Origin: Asterias rubens
Taxonomy: Eukaryota
Assembly (NCBI RefSeq): GCF_902459465.1
Contig: NC_047076.1
Location: 5,642,001-5,706,000 of the forward strand
Direction of reading: 5' to 3'
Length of the DNA stretch: 64,000 nt
Numbering within the stretch: the first letter of the stretch is position 1; the number at the start of each line of letters is the position of its first letter. The notes under the pieces are model-generated. The model saw only the letters and a list, made by a program, of their open reading frames with translations, did not search any database and had not been told where the DNA came from. Below are positions 24,469 to 36,209 of the stretch, one piece after another. Made by a program: the position numbers and the translations under genes.

Positions 24469-25842
24469 CACTTTGTTCGTCGATAATCTAATGTGTACTT
24501 TCAGGAAGTATTTCGTCGAGATTGTAAACAAAAATTATTTTCGGCACTCGATGATGTGATTGTGTTTACGAATATGTTGCAAACTGATGAGCGACATTCA
24601 CAAGTCTATGCCTAGACTGGTCCCCTGCACCTTCATTACCAGTGTGAGCCTCGAAGTGATGTTAGGGCTATGACTGCCGCAGCTATCTTTATGTTAGAGA
24701 AGCTATCATTGGTCCACAGACCAGCTGTCTGAAACTTCCGACCAATAATACATAACGTTTCATATTACCCATGGACGTGTCTTTTGGGCTATGAAATCGC
24801 ATGACAGCACTTCTTTTGGCGCTGGCTGAAGGTTTTGCTGTTGCAACCAACGTCAAATGTTGGGCGCTATACACACGCTAAGGACTTATTTATTTTGTAG
24901 TGTCGGACCGGCTGTCGATTATGATAAATATGCGGTTAGATACCACGTAACCATCGTTTTAAAAAGGTAGGTGTGTTCATTATATGGTGGATCATTTGAA
25001 CTTGACAATGTGTTCATTTTCTGGTTTAATATTTTGTTTTTCTGAAGTGAATGAGGAAAGTTCGTTGAACCCCGTGTTGTTGTGTAAATGAAATTGTTGA
25101 AAAGGGGAAAAAAGGGGGTGGGGTTTTGGACAGTAGGCAGTGGGGGTGTCAACACATTCAGAATGTCATTTTTTATTAATTATCAAAGGGATTCCAGTGA
25201 ATTTCTATGACTGAAAAGTATAGTCAGTAGTACTTGTTTTGGAAAATATCAGCGTTTTGTGCCCTGTTGTGTTTTGGCAAAATACTTGAAAATGGGATTT
25301 TCATGAAGTCGCATCATCATGAATGAATGGGTGTGGTCAGTCGTGGCGGCCCACTGAAGACTCGGTATACTTGAAGTAGATGAGTATATCGTATATGAGG
25401 TCTGTTCTGCTAGCTTGGACCAACCTTAGTTCTTCTTGAAAGTTGAATTACTCGTCTTTGGAAGCTTATTTTAACACTGCGCTGAGTGACAGCACTGGAC
25501 TGGAGTAACGGTAGTGTAAATTCCGATGGACGGTGAACGTGCAAGCTGGCCAGCTGGCTGCCTAATTTTCCTGCTTTCCTGTAAACAAATACACAATATG
25601 CTTAGCCAAGTTAAGCAATTTTGTCTTCTACTTTTAACTTTACAAGAAACTTGCTGACTCACTTTAGTTAAGCAGCGCTATGAGTACCTTGTTTGGTCTA
25701 TACGTGCGCTATATAAGACTTCGATATTATTATTATTATTATTATTATGAAATTGCCTCATTTGCTTTGCTTTAAAAGTATCTGGCCGTCAAACAATGTT
25801 TCTGTAATAAATAACCTTTTGTATTCCCTCTTGACAGTCACT

Positions 25843-28800
25843 ATGGCGACGCACCTCCAGCTTTTTGTTGTCTCGTGCTTCCTTCTCTTCTTATGGGTGG
25901 CGCCCTCTGGAGTCGACGCATCATGGGGCGACCAACACCACATCTTTCGCAACTTCCGACGACACTGCCTGAATACCAACTGCAGTACTGAGATCAAAAC
26001 CAAAGCATTCAAAGCCAGGCAGCCTTCATATCTTCAATTTCTAGGGTGGGACTGTTGGTCGGAGTGTACCTACGAGAGTATGTGGTATCTGACCAAGAAA
26101 ACCCAGGAAGAGGTCAACAGAGTTCCGCAGTTTTATGGAAAAGTAAGGATAACTTTCCATATGGCACCACCACTTTTTGACTAATTTTTACAAAAAGGGA
26201 TATCTCATTGAGGTAAATTAGATTTCATATCAAATGACAAAGTGGTGGCGCCATACTGAAACTTTTCCAAAGGTAAATTTAGTATTTGTTTGATTAAATT
26301 AAAAAAGGCTTGTAATTAGTCAGAGGCCCATGCTGTTGCCCTGGTCTGGCCTTGGTGCCCATTCGAGATTTCCCAGACACGGTTTCCAAAATAGCTCAAC
26401 ACAAAGCAGCGTGGAAGAAAACCTTGTGGTTGCCTGCACAGCATCAAATTCACTTAAAACCACAAGACAGATTTTGGAGGACTTGTGGTTGCAAAAGGGA
26501 TAGTGACACTTGTATATAACAGGGACCCTTTTAAAGGTCTGTATACGTTTGGTAATGACTCTGAAAATTAATGCCAATAAAAACTTGTGTGGTAAGAAGT
26601 ACAGAATATTTGGATAGAATAATGCATTTGGAGTAGGCCCTATAATGCATTTTGAGAAACATTTCACTTCGAAGTACTACAGTTATGGAAGTACGTACTG
26701 TTCTGGAAAAAGATATAACTTTTTATCCCCCCAAATTAGTGGTAACACTTTTCAGACTTTATATAAAGGGATTATTCTTCAAACGTGGACATATCTGTTC
26801 CAGAGTTTCAACAAAATCTCAAAAATGCGACTTCCTTTTGAAATGAAATTTTCACAGGTTAATTTTATTGTATACATCTACATTAATAAAAGATTAAAAC
26901 AATCGAACCGTTCCAAAAAACCTTTAACCATATTAAATTAAATTTCTTATTTTCTATTTTCTTGTCCTCTTTAGTGGCCCTTTGTGAGGTTCTTGGGGAT
27001 GCAGGAACCCGCATCAACGATATTCTCCATCTTGAATGGTATCGCCGCAGTCTTCATGTTAATTCAATTTAGAAAAAGGGTACCGCCCAAAGCCCCGATG
27101 TACGAAGCTTGGCACGGCTACTTTGCTGTGAGTATTTTTTTTTTTTTTTACAAATATTAAAAAGGAATACATTTTAACTTTATATTTTAGGTCAGATTTC
27201 CCCTCACCTGATGACAATGAAACTATTGTTGAGGATAAAGAAAATTAAAAGTAGGTAGCATTGGCCTGGTTCAGGGCCAGAATTTCAAGAAAAAAATCCA
27301 CAAAACTGTGGAATTTACTGAAACAGAAACTTGATTACAAGACCTGGAGCCACTTTCACAGTGCTGCTAATCGTCAAGCAAATTTCCATGCTTACTATAT
27401 CAGCAAATTTTGCTTAAGTCATTCATTTTCGTACATATATAAGCACTGAAAGATTAGCATGTTTCTTTTTAGCTGTGCTATGAAATGGAAAATTGCACGG
27501 TTAGTAAGCTTGGGCGATATCGATTTATTTTATTCACGATATATCGCCGATAATATATCGCGATATTCGATATAATCGCGATTAATGAAATTTGACATCA
27601 TCAGTCTTAAAACTCCAAGTGAAAGTTGTAGAAGAGACAGTCCTAGCATAAGAGAGGTGTTCTAATGACCTATTCTTCTGGTTTTACTCCAAACTTATGG
27701 GGTGCAAGATGTCTCAGCTAGCAAATACATCGCGATATTTATTCGATATATCGATATATCGCGATATATCGCGATATATCGATATTTCGATTAAAACCAA
27801 ATCCATCAGATATCAAAATCGTGTCCAAATTAATATTGCGATAATATCGTAATTTGATAATATCGTGATATCGCCCAAGCTTAACGGTTAGCACAAGCAG
27901 AGATATGAAATTAGGCCCTGTCCTGATATTAAATGGAGCCCATGAAGACCATGGACTCTGTTGCCCTGCTGTTGGTCCTGGTGCCCCTTCAAAAACTTCT
28001 CATAAACTGTCGGATGTTCCAATGGAAGTGCCCTTAGCAAAAAGAAAAAATGCTTTCCTTATGATTCACATTATTTGCTTAGCGCAGAAGTATCGTGGTT
28101 AGCAGAAACAGGTTATCATTGAAACAGGTTATCATTGAAAATCCCATTGTCCTGATTACTGACGTTGAATTGTCTGTGTAGGTCGTTATTAATGCCTGGT
28201 TGTGGTCAACAGTCTTCCACTTCAGGGATCTCACATGGACAGAGGTAAAGCTTTATATTAGAGGGTTTTTGATACCAGTTTTGTACATGTAGATCAAGTT
28301 TTTGGCCACGACATGAATCCCTATTCAATAATAATAATAATAATAACCCGGTTTTTATATAGCACTTTTCACACCCGGAGGGTGTCCCAAAGCGCTTCAC
28401 ATTATTACCCCTGGTCACTGGGCCTTAAATCACTCCTTAAACCATCTCAGCTCCCTGGTGGGGAGTACACAGCCTTGTGCTACATTAATATGCGCTACTC
28501 GGCTAAATCAATCACAAGAACCATCTCTGCCCTCACAGGTACCCATTTACCCCTGGGTGGAGAGAAGCAATTATAGTTAAGTGTCTTGCTCAGGGACACA
28601 AGTGTCACGACCGGGATTCGAACCCACACTCTGCTGAACAGAAACACCAGAGCTTGAGTTCGGTGTTCTTATCCACTCGGCCACGACACCACCAGTCAAT
28701 GTGAATGAAGATGTATGTTATATACTTAACTTGTAGTTTCAGCCTCATTAGTCGAGAAAAAAAGGTGGAAATCACAGAGCAATGTTTTTCGGGAGAGTCG

Positions 28801-30841
28801 CATAAATACGTAGTACATGCTAAAGTAGTTTTCGGCTCACTGAAACAAAAATTATTTTTGTGAAATTGTTTTACCCATTTCTCAAAACCTACGGCACCTC
28901 AGCACGTAATATTTTAAGGGAAGCTTTCTACCATCATTATCTGTAAATCGTGTAAGTTTAATATAAATCGGTTGATGTTTTTGTTTTTGGTCGTGAAGAA
29001 AGTAAACCCTTTAAACCTTAAAAATATGTTTGTTTTATTTTGTTACAGAAAATGGACTACATATCGGCATTCTCACTCATCGTCTCTGGGGTAGTGATGT
29101 TTTTAATACGGTATGGACAAAAATGGGAATGTTTTTTACAGCTTAATCTGAGACATTGAACCCCTTCTCTTTTCAATAATTGCACTGGGTCTTTTACGTG
29201 CATAACACAACACACAGGACCAACGGCTTTATGTCCAATCCGAAGGACTAGGCATCATGGTAAGTGTCTTGCTTAGGGACACAGTTGTTACAGCGGGGAC
29301 TTGAACCCACACTATGCTGATCAGAAACACCAGAGTTTGAATCCGATGCTCTTAACTGCTGGGCCATGACTCAACAAGGTCTCTATAAGCCGGTGCTGAA
29401 GATGTCTGGTTTCCAAATGAGCAGTAGATAAGTTTCTGCTGGGCATGCACTTTCGTATATCCTACAAAGCCAGACAGCTCGGATTTTGGAAGACGCATTT
29501 TTAAAGTGGCACTCCATCAAGTAAACCATGGTTTCCTTTTCTTTTTTCCCCACCAGATTGTTTTGTTTGAAAGGCAACTCTATCAACATTAAAGTGGCAC
29601 TCCCTATAGGTTTACCTGTAGCTGCATTCTTCTTGATGCATGCTTTTTATCTTGGATTTACAAAGTTCAGTTACGGCTACAATATGAAAGTTAACTTAAC
29701 AATAGGTAAGCAATATTTTGAATTTTTGCTTAGTTTATATATATTTTCTCCGTTGTGATGCAAAAGAAATGCCACTACTTATTTTCTTGTTTGCTGAGGC
29801 ATGAACAGGAATTACGCAGAAACTACTGAGGCAATGACTTCTGTTGCCATGGTCTTGGCCTTAATGCCCCTTCAAAAGTTTCTCAAAGCCTCTAAGATTT
29901 GTCAGTGAAAGTGTCTTTTGCAAAAAGAAAGTGGCCTTACCCTCTTAAAGATGAAATTCCAGGCCTGAATTAGAGCAGTCATAATTTTTGCATAAACTCT
30001 CTCTTTCGGTTCGTTTTTAGCAATTCTTAACTCCGTATGTTGGATAGTTTGGTCAATTTACGTCTGGACCAGGCAACGATATGCGTGGAAAGCGTGTATA
30101 CCTATTCTATTAGGGAATCTCCTAACACTCCTTGAACTGGGCGACTTCCCTCCGATATGGTGGGTGTTCGACGCCCATTCCCTGTGGCATGGAGGCACCG
30201 CACCTCTTGCCGTTATCTTTTATAGGTAAGTTAAGTATTTTGTTTGGCCATTGAACTCGCGAGTCTCGCCAGTATTTGACAATTTTGGAAACCTTGTTAC
30301 TGGGCAAGCTTGTTGGTCTAGTGGCATCTGTTGATCTGATTTTAATTTTAACTGGAAACCCCCCAAAAAGCATCGCCCCATGTCATTGCCTTGGTGCCCC
30401 TGGTCATTGCCTTGGTGCCCCTGGTGTCATTACCTCGGTGCCCCTGGTCTTGCCCTTGGTACCCATGGAAATGAAGTCCCTCCTAGAGTTGTCCTGTGGC
30501 CTGTTTGTGGGTTCGAATTCCTCTCCATCTGCCTGTGGACTTTACATGATAATAATAATTTACAATAAAACACAACAATTGTAAGGCGCACTTTCTCTGT
30601 AGACACATTCAAAGGCGCCGACTCCAACATCAGTTTTGCTTTGATTGCATTAGTAGGTGTAGGGCAAGGCTCAAAATAACTGTATCTAAAAGTAAACCAT
30701 TTGTTTTATGTTGCTTTTCTTGATCTTCATTCACATCTTCAATTATTGATGTTGTTATTTTACAGTTTCATCATTGACGACTGTCTTTACCTCAATGAGG
30801 AGTACACGAAGTCAAAGAGTTTCCAAAGGAAAGGAGTCTGA
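25843..30841 (+). CDS. PGAP3: Post-GPI attachment to proteins factor 3 (Per1/CREST family), 7 exons, 335 aa
   Basis: Exons: 25843-26142, 26975-27127, 28182-28244, 29049-29110, 29557-29705, 30021-30225, 30766-30841 (1008 nt, phase-consistent). Signal peptide, then motifs VPQFYGKWPF, QEPAS, NAWLWSTVFH, EKMDY, YGYNMK, LLELGDFPPIWWVFDAHSLWH. An acceptor-like ttgacag 5 nt before the ATG suggests an upstream non-coding exon. Confidence 0.96.
27505..27883. mobile_element. hAT-type MITE, 379 bp, nested in a GGGCCC-type MITE
   Basis: Perfect 17-bp TIR TAAGCTTGGGCGATATC, perfect 8-bp duplication ACGGTTAG (27497-27504, 27884-27891), and GATAT/ATATCG-rich subtermini. Confidence 0.9.
28327..28690 (-). 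mobile_element. Near-intact copy of the CORE-like SINE in PGAP3 intron 3
   Basis: Minus-strand head GGTGTCGTGGCCGAGTGG...GGTTCGAATCCCGG, CORE-like segment, and tail AAGCGCTTTGGG...GTGCTATATAAA(ATT)n. Confidence 0.85.
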
Positions 30842-33383
30842 TTATTGGGTGGGCGTTTATACCAATGTGTTTCTTACCAACCTCTTTCCCGTGAGCAGTG
30901 TTCTCCATCACTCCCCTCGTGTCACTATTACCAAGACGGGAGTGGGGGACTGGGATACGTGGCCATTTCTGAAACCACAGCTTGGGCTTCGGCTTAAGGC
31001 CCGGTCACACTGCAGCGATAATGACAAAGATAACGATAACAATGCAAAGGGAATGCATTCTATTGGTTGAATTGCTCCGCCAAGAATACGCGCACGCTTA
31101 TGTAGCCAATCGAGGGCGTGCTTTGTAAATGTTCTCATATTTGTTATTGAGGCTCTGTCTTTTTATTTTATTAATTTTTTTTTTTTTTATTATTGATATT
31201 ATTACATTGTGAATAAAAGGTCAACCTAGCATGACATTTTACAAGAAGATAAAATATACAAAATCTAAGTAGACAACAATAAAACATTAATTTAAAATTT
31301 TAAAATGTACCAGTAAAATTGTAAAAGAACACGGAAAATGAAATTATACACATTGCATACATGTAGATTTAGCTGCCTCAAATCTGTAAAAACTATTTTT
31401 AAATTAAACTTTAAAAAGACTGTAAGCAAAAATGTACTTTATCAAAAAGTGAGGGGAAAGAAGATGGGTGCAAACTAGTAGTCAGAGTGGAAGAAAATGG
31501 AGCGAATTACTCGGACACCAAACCCTTGTCTGGCAGGAGGGAGGAGATCATTTTGTACAAATCTCAAAAGGCAAGATCTACAGCAAACCTAGAACAAATT
31601 TTCTCCCCTGCTAAATTGCATTCTAAAAAGTCATATTCAAAAGGCTTGCCATTTCTTAACAGGCCTTCAAACAGGCTGACGAATCCCCAAGCTGTGGTTT
31701 CTCAAAATGGCCTGTAACTGATAAGCTATCTCAATTTCATGGTGCTGCTTAACACGAAACTTGTGCTAATTTCGATATGGCCTAATAAACTTTGATGGTT
31801 TGTAAAAAAAAAAAAAAGGCAAAATTTGAGAGTTTTTAAACTAACCCTTAGTAATGCATGATGGACATGGCACTTTCACCCAGTTTGATATTGTTCAAGA
31901 TTGTGTTTTATAATGTGTAAAAAGTTAGGTCGTTTTTTATTTAGCTCGTTCTGGCATGTACAATTTCTGCAGAAAGTTTTATAATACAAAGATTTATTTT
32001 ATTTTGGACAACATATATGTATAAATTCGATTTGTTTATGTAAGCAGGAAACTTTTTTTTTCTTTTTTTCTTCTGGTCTCCTGGGCAAAAATTGATAGAG
32101 CTGCTTAACGGCAAACTTTTTGCTTACTGCGCGAGTTTCCATTTCATAGTGCTGCCAACTGTAACCGTCCAGCGCTACTGCTCAAGTAGAATACGCAGAA
32201 TACGCACACGCTCATTCAACCAATAGAATGCATTCTCTTTGCGTTGTTATCGTTCTTGTTATCGCTGCAGTGGGACCGGGCCTTTACTGTATGAAAATGG
32301 ATGACAACAGTGCAAATCCATGGTGAAGGTGCAAGCTGGCTGCCTAATTTCCTTGCTAACCGGTGAAATACACTTTACACCTCATATTTGTTACCGCAGC
32401 AGCAGTGCTATAAAATTCGGCCCTGGTGTTTTGTGTACATATATATATATTTAAACCACAAGGAAACTAGAATGGTTCGAATCCCACTCTAGTCAATTCT
32501 TTGTTCAACCCCAATAATTATGTATATTTTTGTAGTAGTGTGAAATGAAATTGCAATTCCGGTCAAGTCACTCATTCAAGGTCATCTGGCCTTTGTTTTT
32601 AACTGGACTTTGTTTCAAACTCCGTACTGGTGAGCGTATGTTTTCAAATAGAAGACTGGTTCTAAGCTTCAGTTTTGAAAAATTGACTAAATTTTCACAA
32701 AACTAGAGCTGTGTATAGAGTTGCGCTTAGAGGGACCAGCTTTCCTTTGTACCATAATTGATGCACGCCATTTTCTGTCCAAATGCAACATTATCCAATG
32801 GGTAGACTAGTCTGGCACCCTGTTTTCGCCAATGTGGGGGGTTTTTTGACACGAAATTGCATCTAATCACAAAATTCTCTCAAAATACGGCTCGGCACAA
32901 AACTTTCATGTAACGCCCTCTGTTGTTCCGTATAAACATTCTTCAGTTAAACAGAAGATAATTTTATATGAAATATTGTTCGTGGTCTCTACAGTCAACT
33001 TTGAAAATAGTAGAGAATAACAGAATGTTAAATGGATAGGTAAGTGAATGCTGCAATTTGATCCACATATGTAACGCTTAATTTTTTGTTTCTCTGTTAA
33101 GGTGTTCATATTTTATACAATACATTGTACATACATTCATCATGCAATATTTATAGATTTAAAAAAATATTAGTGTATAGTAGAATCATCCGTTGTTTTT
33201 AACTTTAGCAGACATGTTTTGTTTTTTTAAGAAAAATATATCTAAGGAAAGAAGGCACCTTTGTAACTCGTACATTGACTTTGAACCCTAGTTTGAATAA
33301 TTCTGCGCAAAACTTGTGTGGTAGAATATAGATCACGTGATCTGTGGCATCAAATGTTTACAAGAGAGAGACTTACTGCAGGC

Positions 33384-33622
33384 TAGTCTTGGCCCAAGAC
33401 TATGGTGCTTGATATTGGATAGTGTACTGCGCGCGGTTGACTCGCCAAAGCGCGCCCGCCACGGTATGATTTAGTTAACTGGACGGCTTGAAATCTAGAC
33501 TATACTGGCAAGCTACCATGTTACCAGTTAACTAAATCATACCGTGGCGGGCGCGCTTTGGCAATTCAACCGCGCATAGTACACTATCCAATACCAAGCA
33601 CCATAGTCTTGGGCCAAGACTA
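33384..33622. mobile_element. Palindromic MITE (diverged copy at about 4115-4353)
   Basis: TAGTCTTGG(C/G)CCAAGACTA termini with roughly 100-bp inverted arms. Confidence 0.8.
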
Positions 33623-35699
33623 ACTGCGGGCAAGCTTTTTACATAGCCCAGTGAAAAACAACATTAATTCTTATACATGTATTTTTATGGTGATTGCACT
33701 GTTGAATTTAAATCAAATTTAAAAAGAAGAAAGGGGGGCACATCTCAAATTTGTACAGCTCTTTATTTTATATGTCTCAGGAATTTATGTGTTGTTATAA
33801 TGCTAACTGTTGCACGCCCATGTAACCAGTGTAACCTGCTAGGATGGTACATGTACAAGTTCACTATTTTTGTATGGTCTATTACGAGCTACGTTGTACT
33901 AGCAGGTCAAAGGTCACAAATCCATGCACACAATTTGTTTTTGTGTAAAATGAGACGGAGGCTTTTAATAGTTCTTCGTTGGTATAAGTTATGTTTTAAA
34001 TGTGTCATATTACTTGGAGTAAGAATTTAAGAAAAATTGAAAGGAAACACCAAAATATTGTTCATCAAGGTCTTCCTAAATGGTTTGTCCCCTTAATTGC
34101 TTCAGATGAAGTAGTCGTTGCTACAAAGTCTCATGGAGTAAGTAATTCTTTAAGCACTGCCACTATCTCCCTTCGTTTATCTATCAAACTATCACAAATA
34201 TTTTTTATTATTTCCTAAAATGAGCAGAAGTGTTTTTCATCAATAGTTTCTGACAGCTTTTCAAACCAGCTGTTTTCATCGAATATAAGATTGTTTACAA
34301 TAAAACTAGTACATGTACAAAGATATTTTTTTTCCCAAAATGGTTTCTTTATTGTCAACGTCACAAAATATTTTATATTGTACTTTTTAATGAAATAGAG
34401 TTTAATCCAAACTGTAGTGAGATCAGGGCCAGGTTCAAGGCTCTGCTTACCAAAAGCAAAGAATCTGCTAACAAGCTGGGAAATTTGTGCTTACGTTAAG
34501 TGTATTTCACAGGTTAGGCAAGTAATTTTTGCTTGTTCATACTCCATGTTACTAACTATTCTTCACTTACACAGCTCGTGCAGAAATGTTGCGCTTGCAA
34601 ATTTGGCGCTTGCACAGTAAACAGAGAATGGTGATTTTAAGCGCAGAATTCAGCGGTAAGCAAAAACCATGAAATTGGGCAAAGTTGATCTTCAAAAAAT
34701 TGTGCCAAAAAACAAATCATCAGGTAGAAAAATTATGCACTGATTCGTAATATGTTTGATTAACTATATTAAGGATTAATCTGAACGGGAACTGTAGATA
34801 GACAAATTATAATTACTGTAAATGGATTTTTTTTCTGGACTTATAAACAATTAAAAGAATTTTATGTACAAAAATGGTCTTTAAACAAAATATATTTACA
34901 CTAAATTTATGCTGAACAATGGACGGAATTCAATCTGGAAGTGTGAACAAATCTCGCTTAGGCAATCTCAGAAAAAGGTAACCAACCTAATTGATGTCAT
35001 TTGCAACTGGTTCCAAGCTCTTTGACGCTTAGCAGATAAATGATGGCAATAAGCAGAATCGATTTGCCTAGGGACCGCTCTGAGATTTGGCCTTGCACCA
35101 ACAAATAAAAACATTTTAAGCTATTTGCAAAAGTCAAAAGTTTAACATTATTGGAAGGTTTAGCTTTTAATAACTTTTGTAATGACGTCATCATGCCGCC
35201 ATCTTAGAGGTAAATTGATCATGATACAATGAACGATGCAAGCCAAAGTATGCTCGCTCCAAAGGATGCGCCAATAAGCAACCTTCTCTTTACCGACAGT
35301 TGAGGGCCCCTTCTCAAATTAATGTGATCTGCATAAAGGCCTATTATTGTTTACATCTCTCATTCAGACCTCCTTGCAACCGAGTTCTTAAATGTTAAGA
35401 TCTCAGTTTTGAAATTATGGCAAATTTACATCTTGTGGGGGCTGGGGACCAATTTCAAAGAGCTGCTTAAGTACATACGTTCATCAAAGAACTAAATTTT
35501 GCCGAGTACGAAGACAGGTTACCAGCCAAATACATGTACGTATGTGACACCCTAGTTATTATTTGTGACTGGTTTTCCTCCTATACTCGCTTGGCAGAGA
35601 AACATTTTCAATTATATTTTCTGCTTCTAACAGCAGCTCTCTAAAATTGAGCCCCGATACTTTGATTAATTTAGCAAAAGTCAAAAGGACGAGTCCAAT

Positions 35700-36080
35700 T
35701 TAAAGGCAGTAGACACTATTGGTAATTCCTCAAAATATGTATTAGCTTAAAACCTCACTTGGTAAAGAGTAATGGGGAGAGGTTGATAGTTTAAAGCATT
35801 GTGAGGAGCAGCTCCCTCTGAAGTGACGTAGTTTTCGAGACTAAGTAATTTTCAACGTATTTGATTTCGAGACCTCAGATTTAGAATTTGAGGTCACAAA
35901 ATCAAGCATCTGAAAGCACACAACTTCGTGTTATTTTCTTTTATTAATATTATTATCTCGCAACTTCGATGACCAATTGAGCTCAAGTTTTCACAGGTTT
36001 GTTCTTTTATGCATATGTTGAGATACACCAAGTGAGAAGACTGGTCTTTGACAATTACCAATAGTGTCCACTGTCTTTAA
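35700..36080 (+). mobile_element. Full-length T2/Kolobok-like MITE about 130 bp beyond the CFAP210 stop
   Basis: TTAA at both ends; AGGCAGTAGACACTATTGG / CCAATAGTGTCCACTGTCT. Confidence 0.88.
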
Positions 36081-36209
36081 TCATATTGCCTTGTCATCAG
36101 AGGAAATCAAGTAGCACATCAAAAAAGGTTTGGAAAGGTAACAATGTGACTTGCTTTAGTCTTTTTGTTTTGTACATGAAACTATGAACAGATTCCGACA
36201 AGGCACATT

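Noticed and set aside
31460-31720. 76-aa ORF or possible LINE 3' fragment after PGAP3
   Set aside because: No RT or endonuclease motif is recognisable in any frame.
34000-34300. Interrupted coding-like stretch between PGAP3 and CFAP210
   Set aside because: Several stops and no identifiable family.
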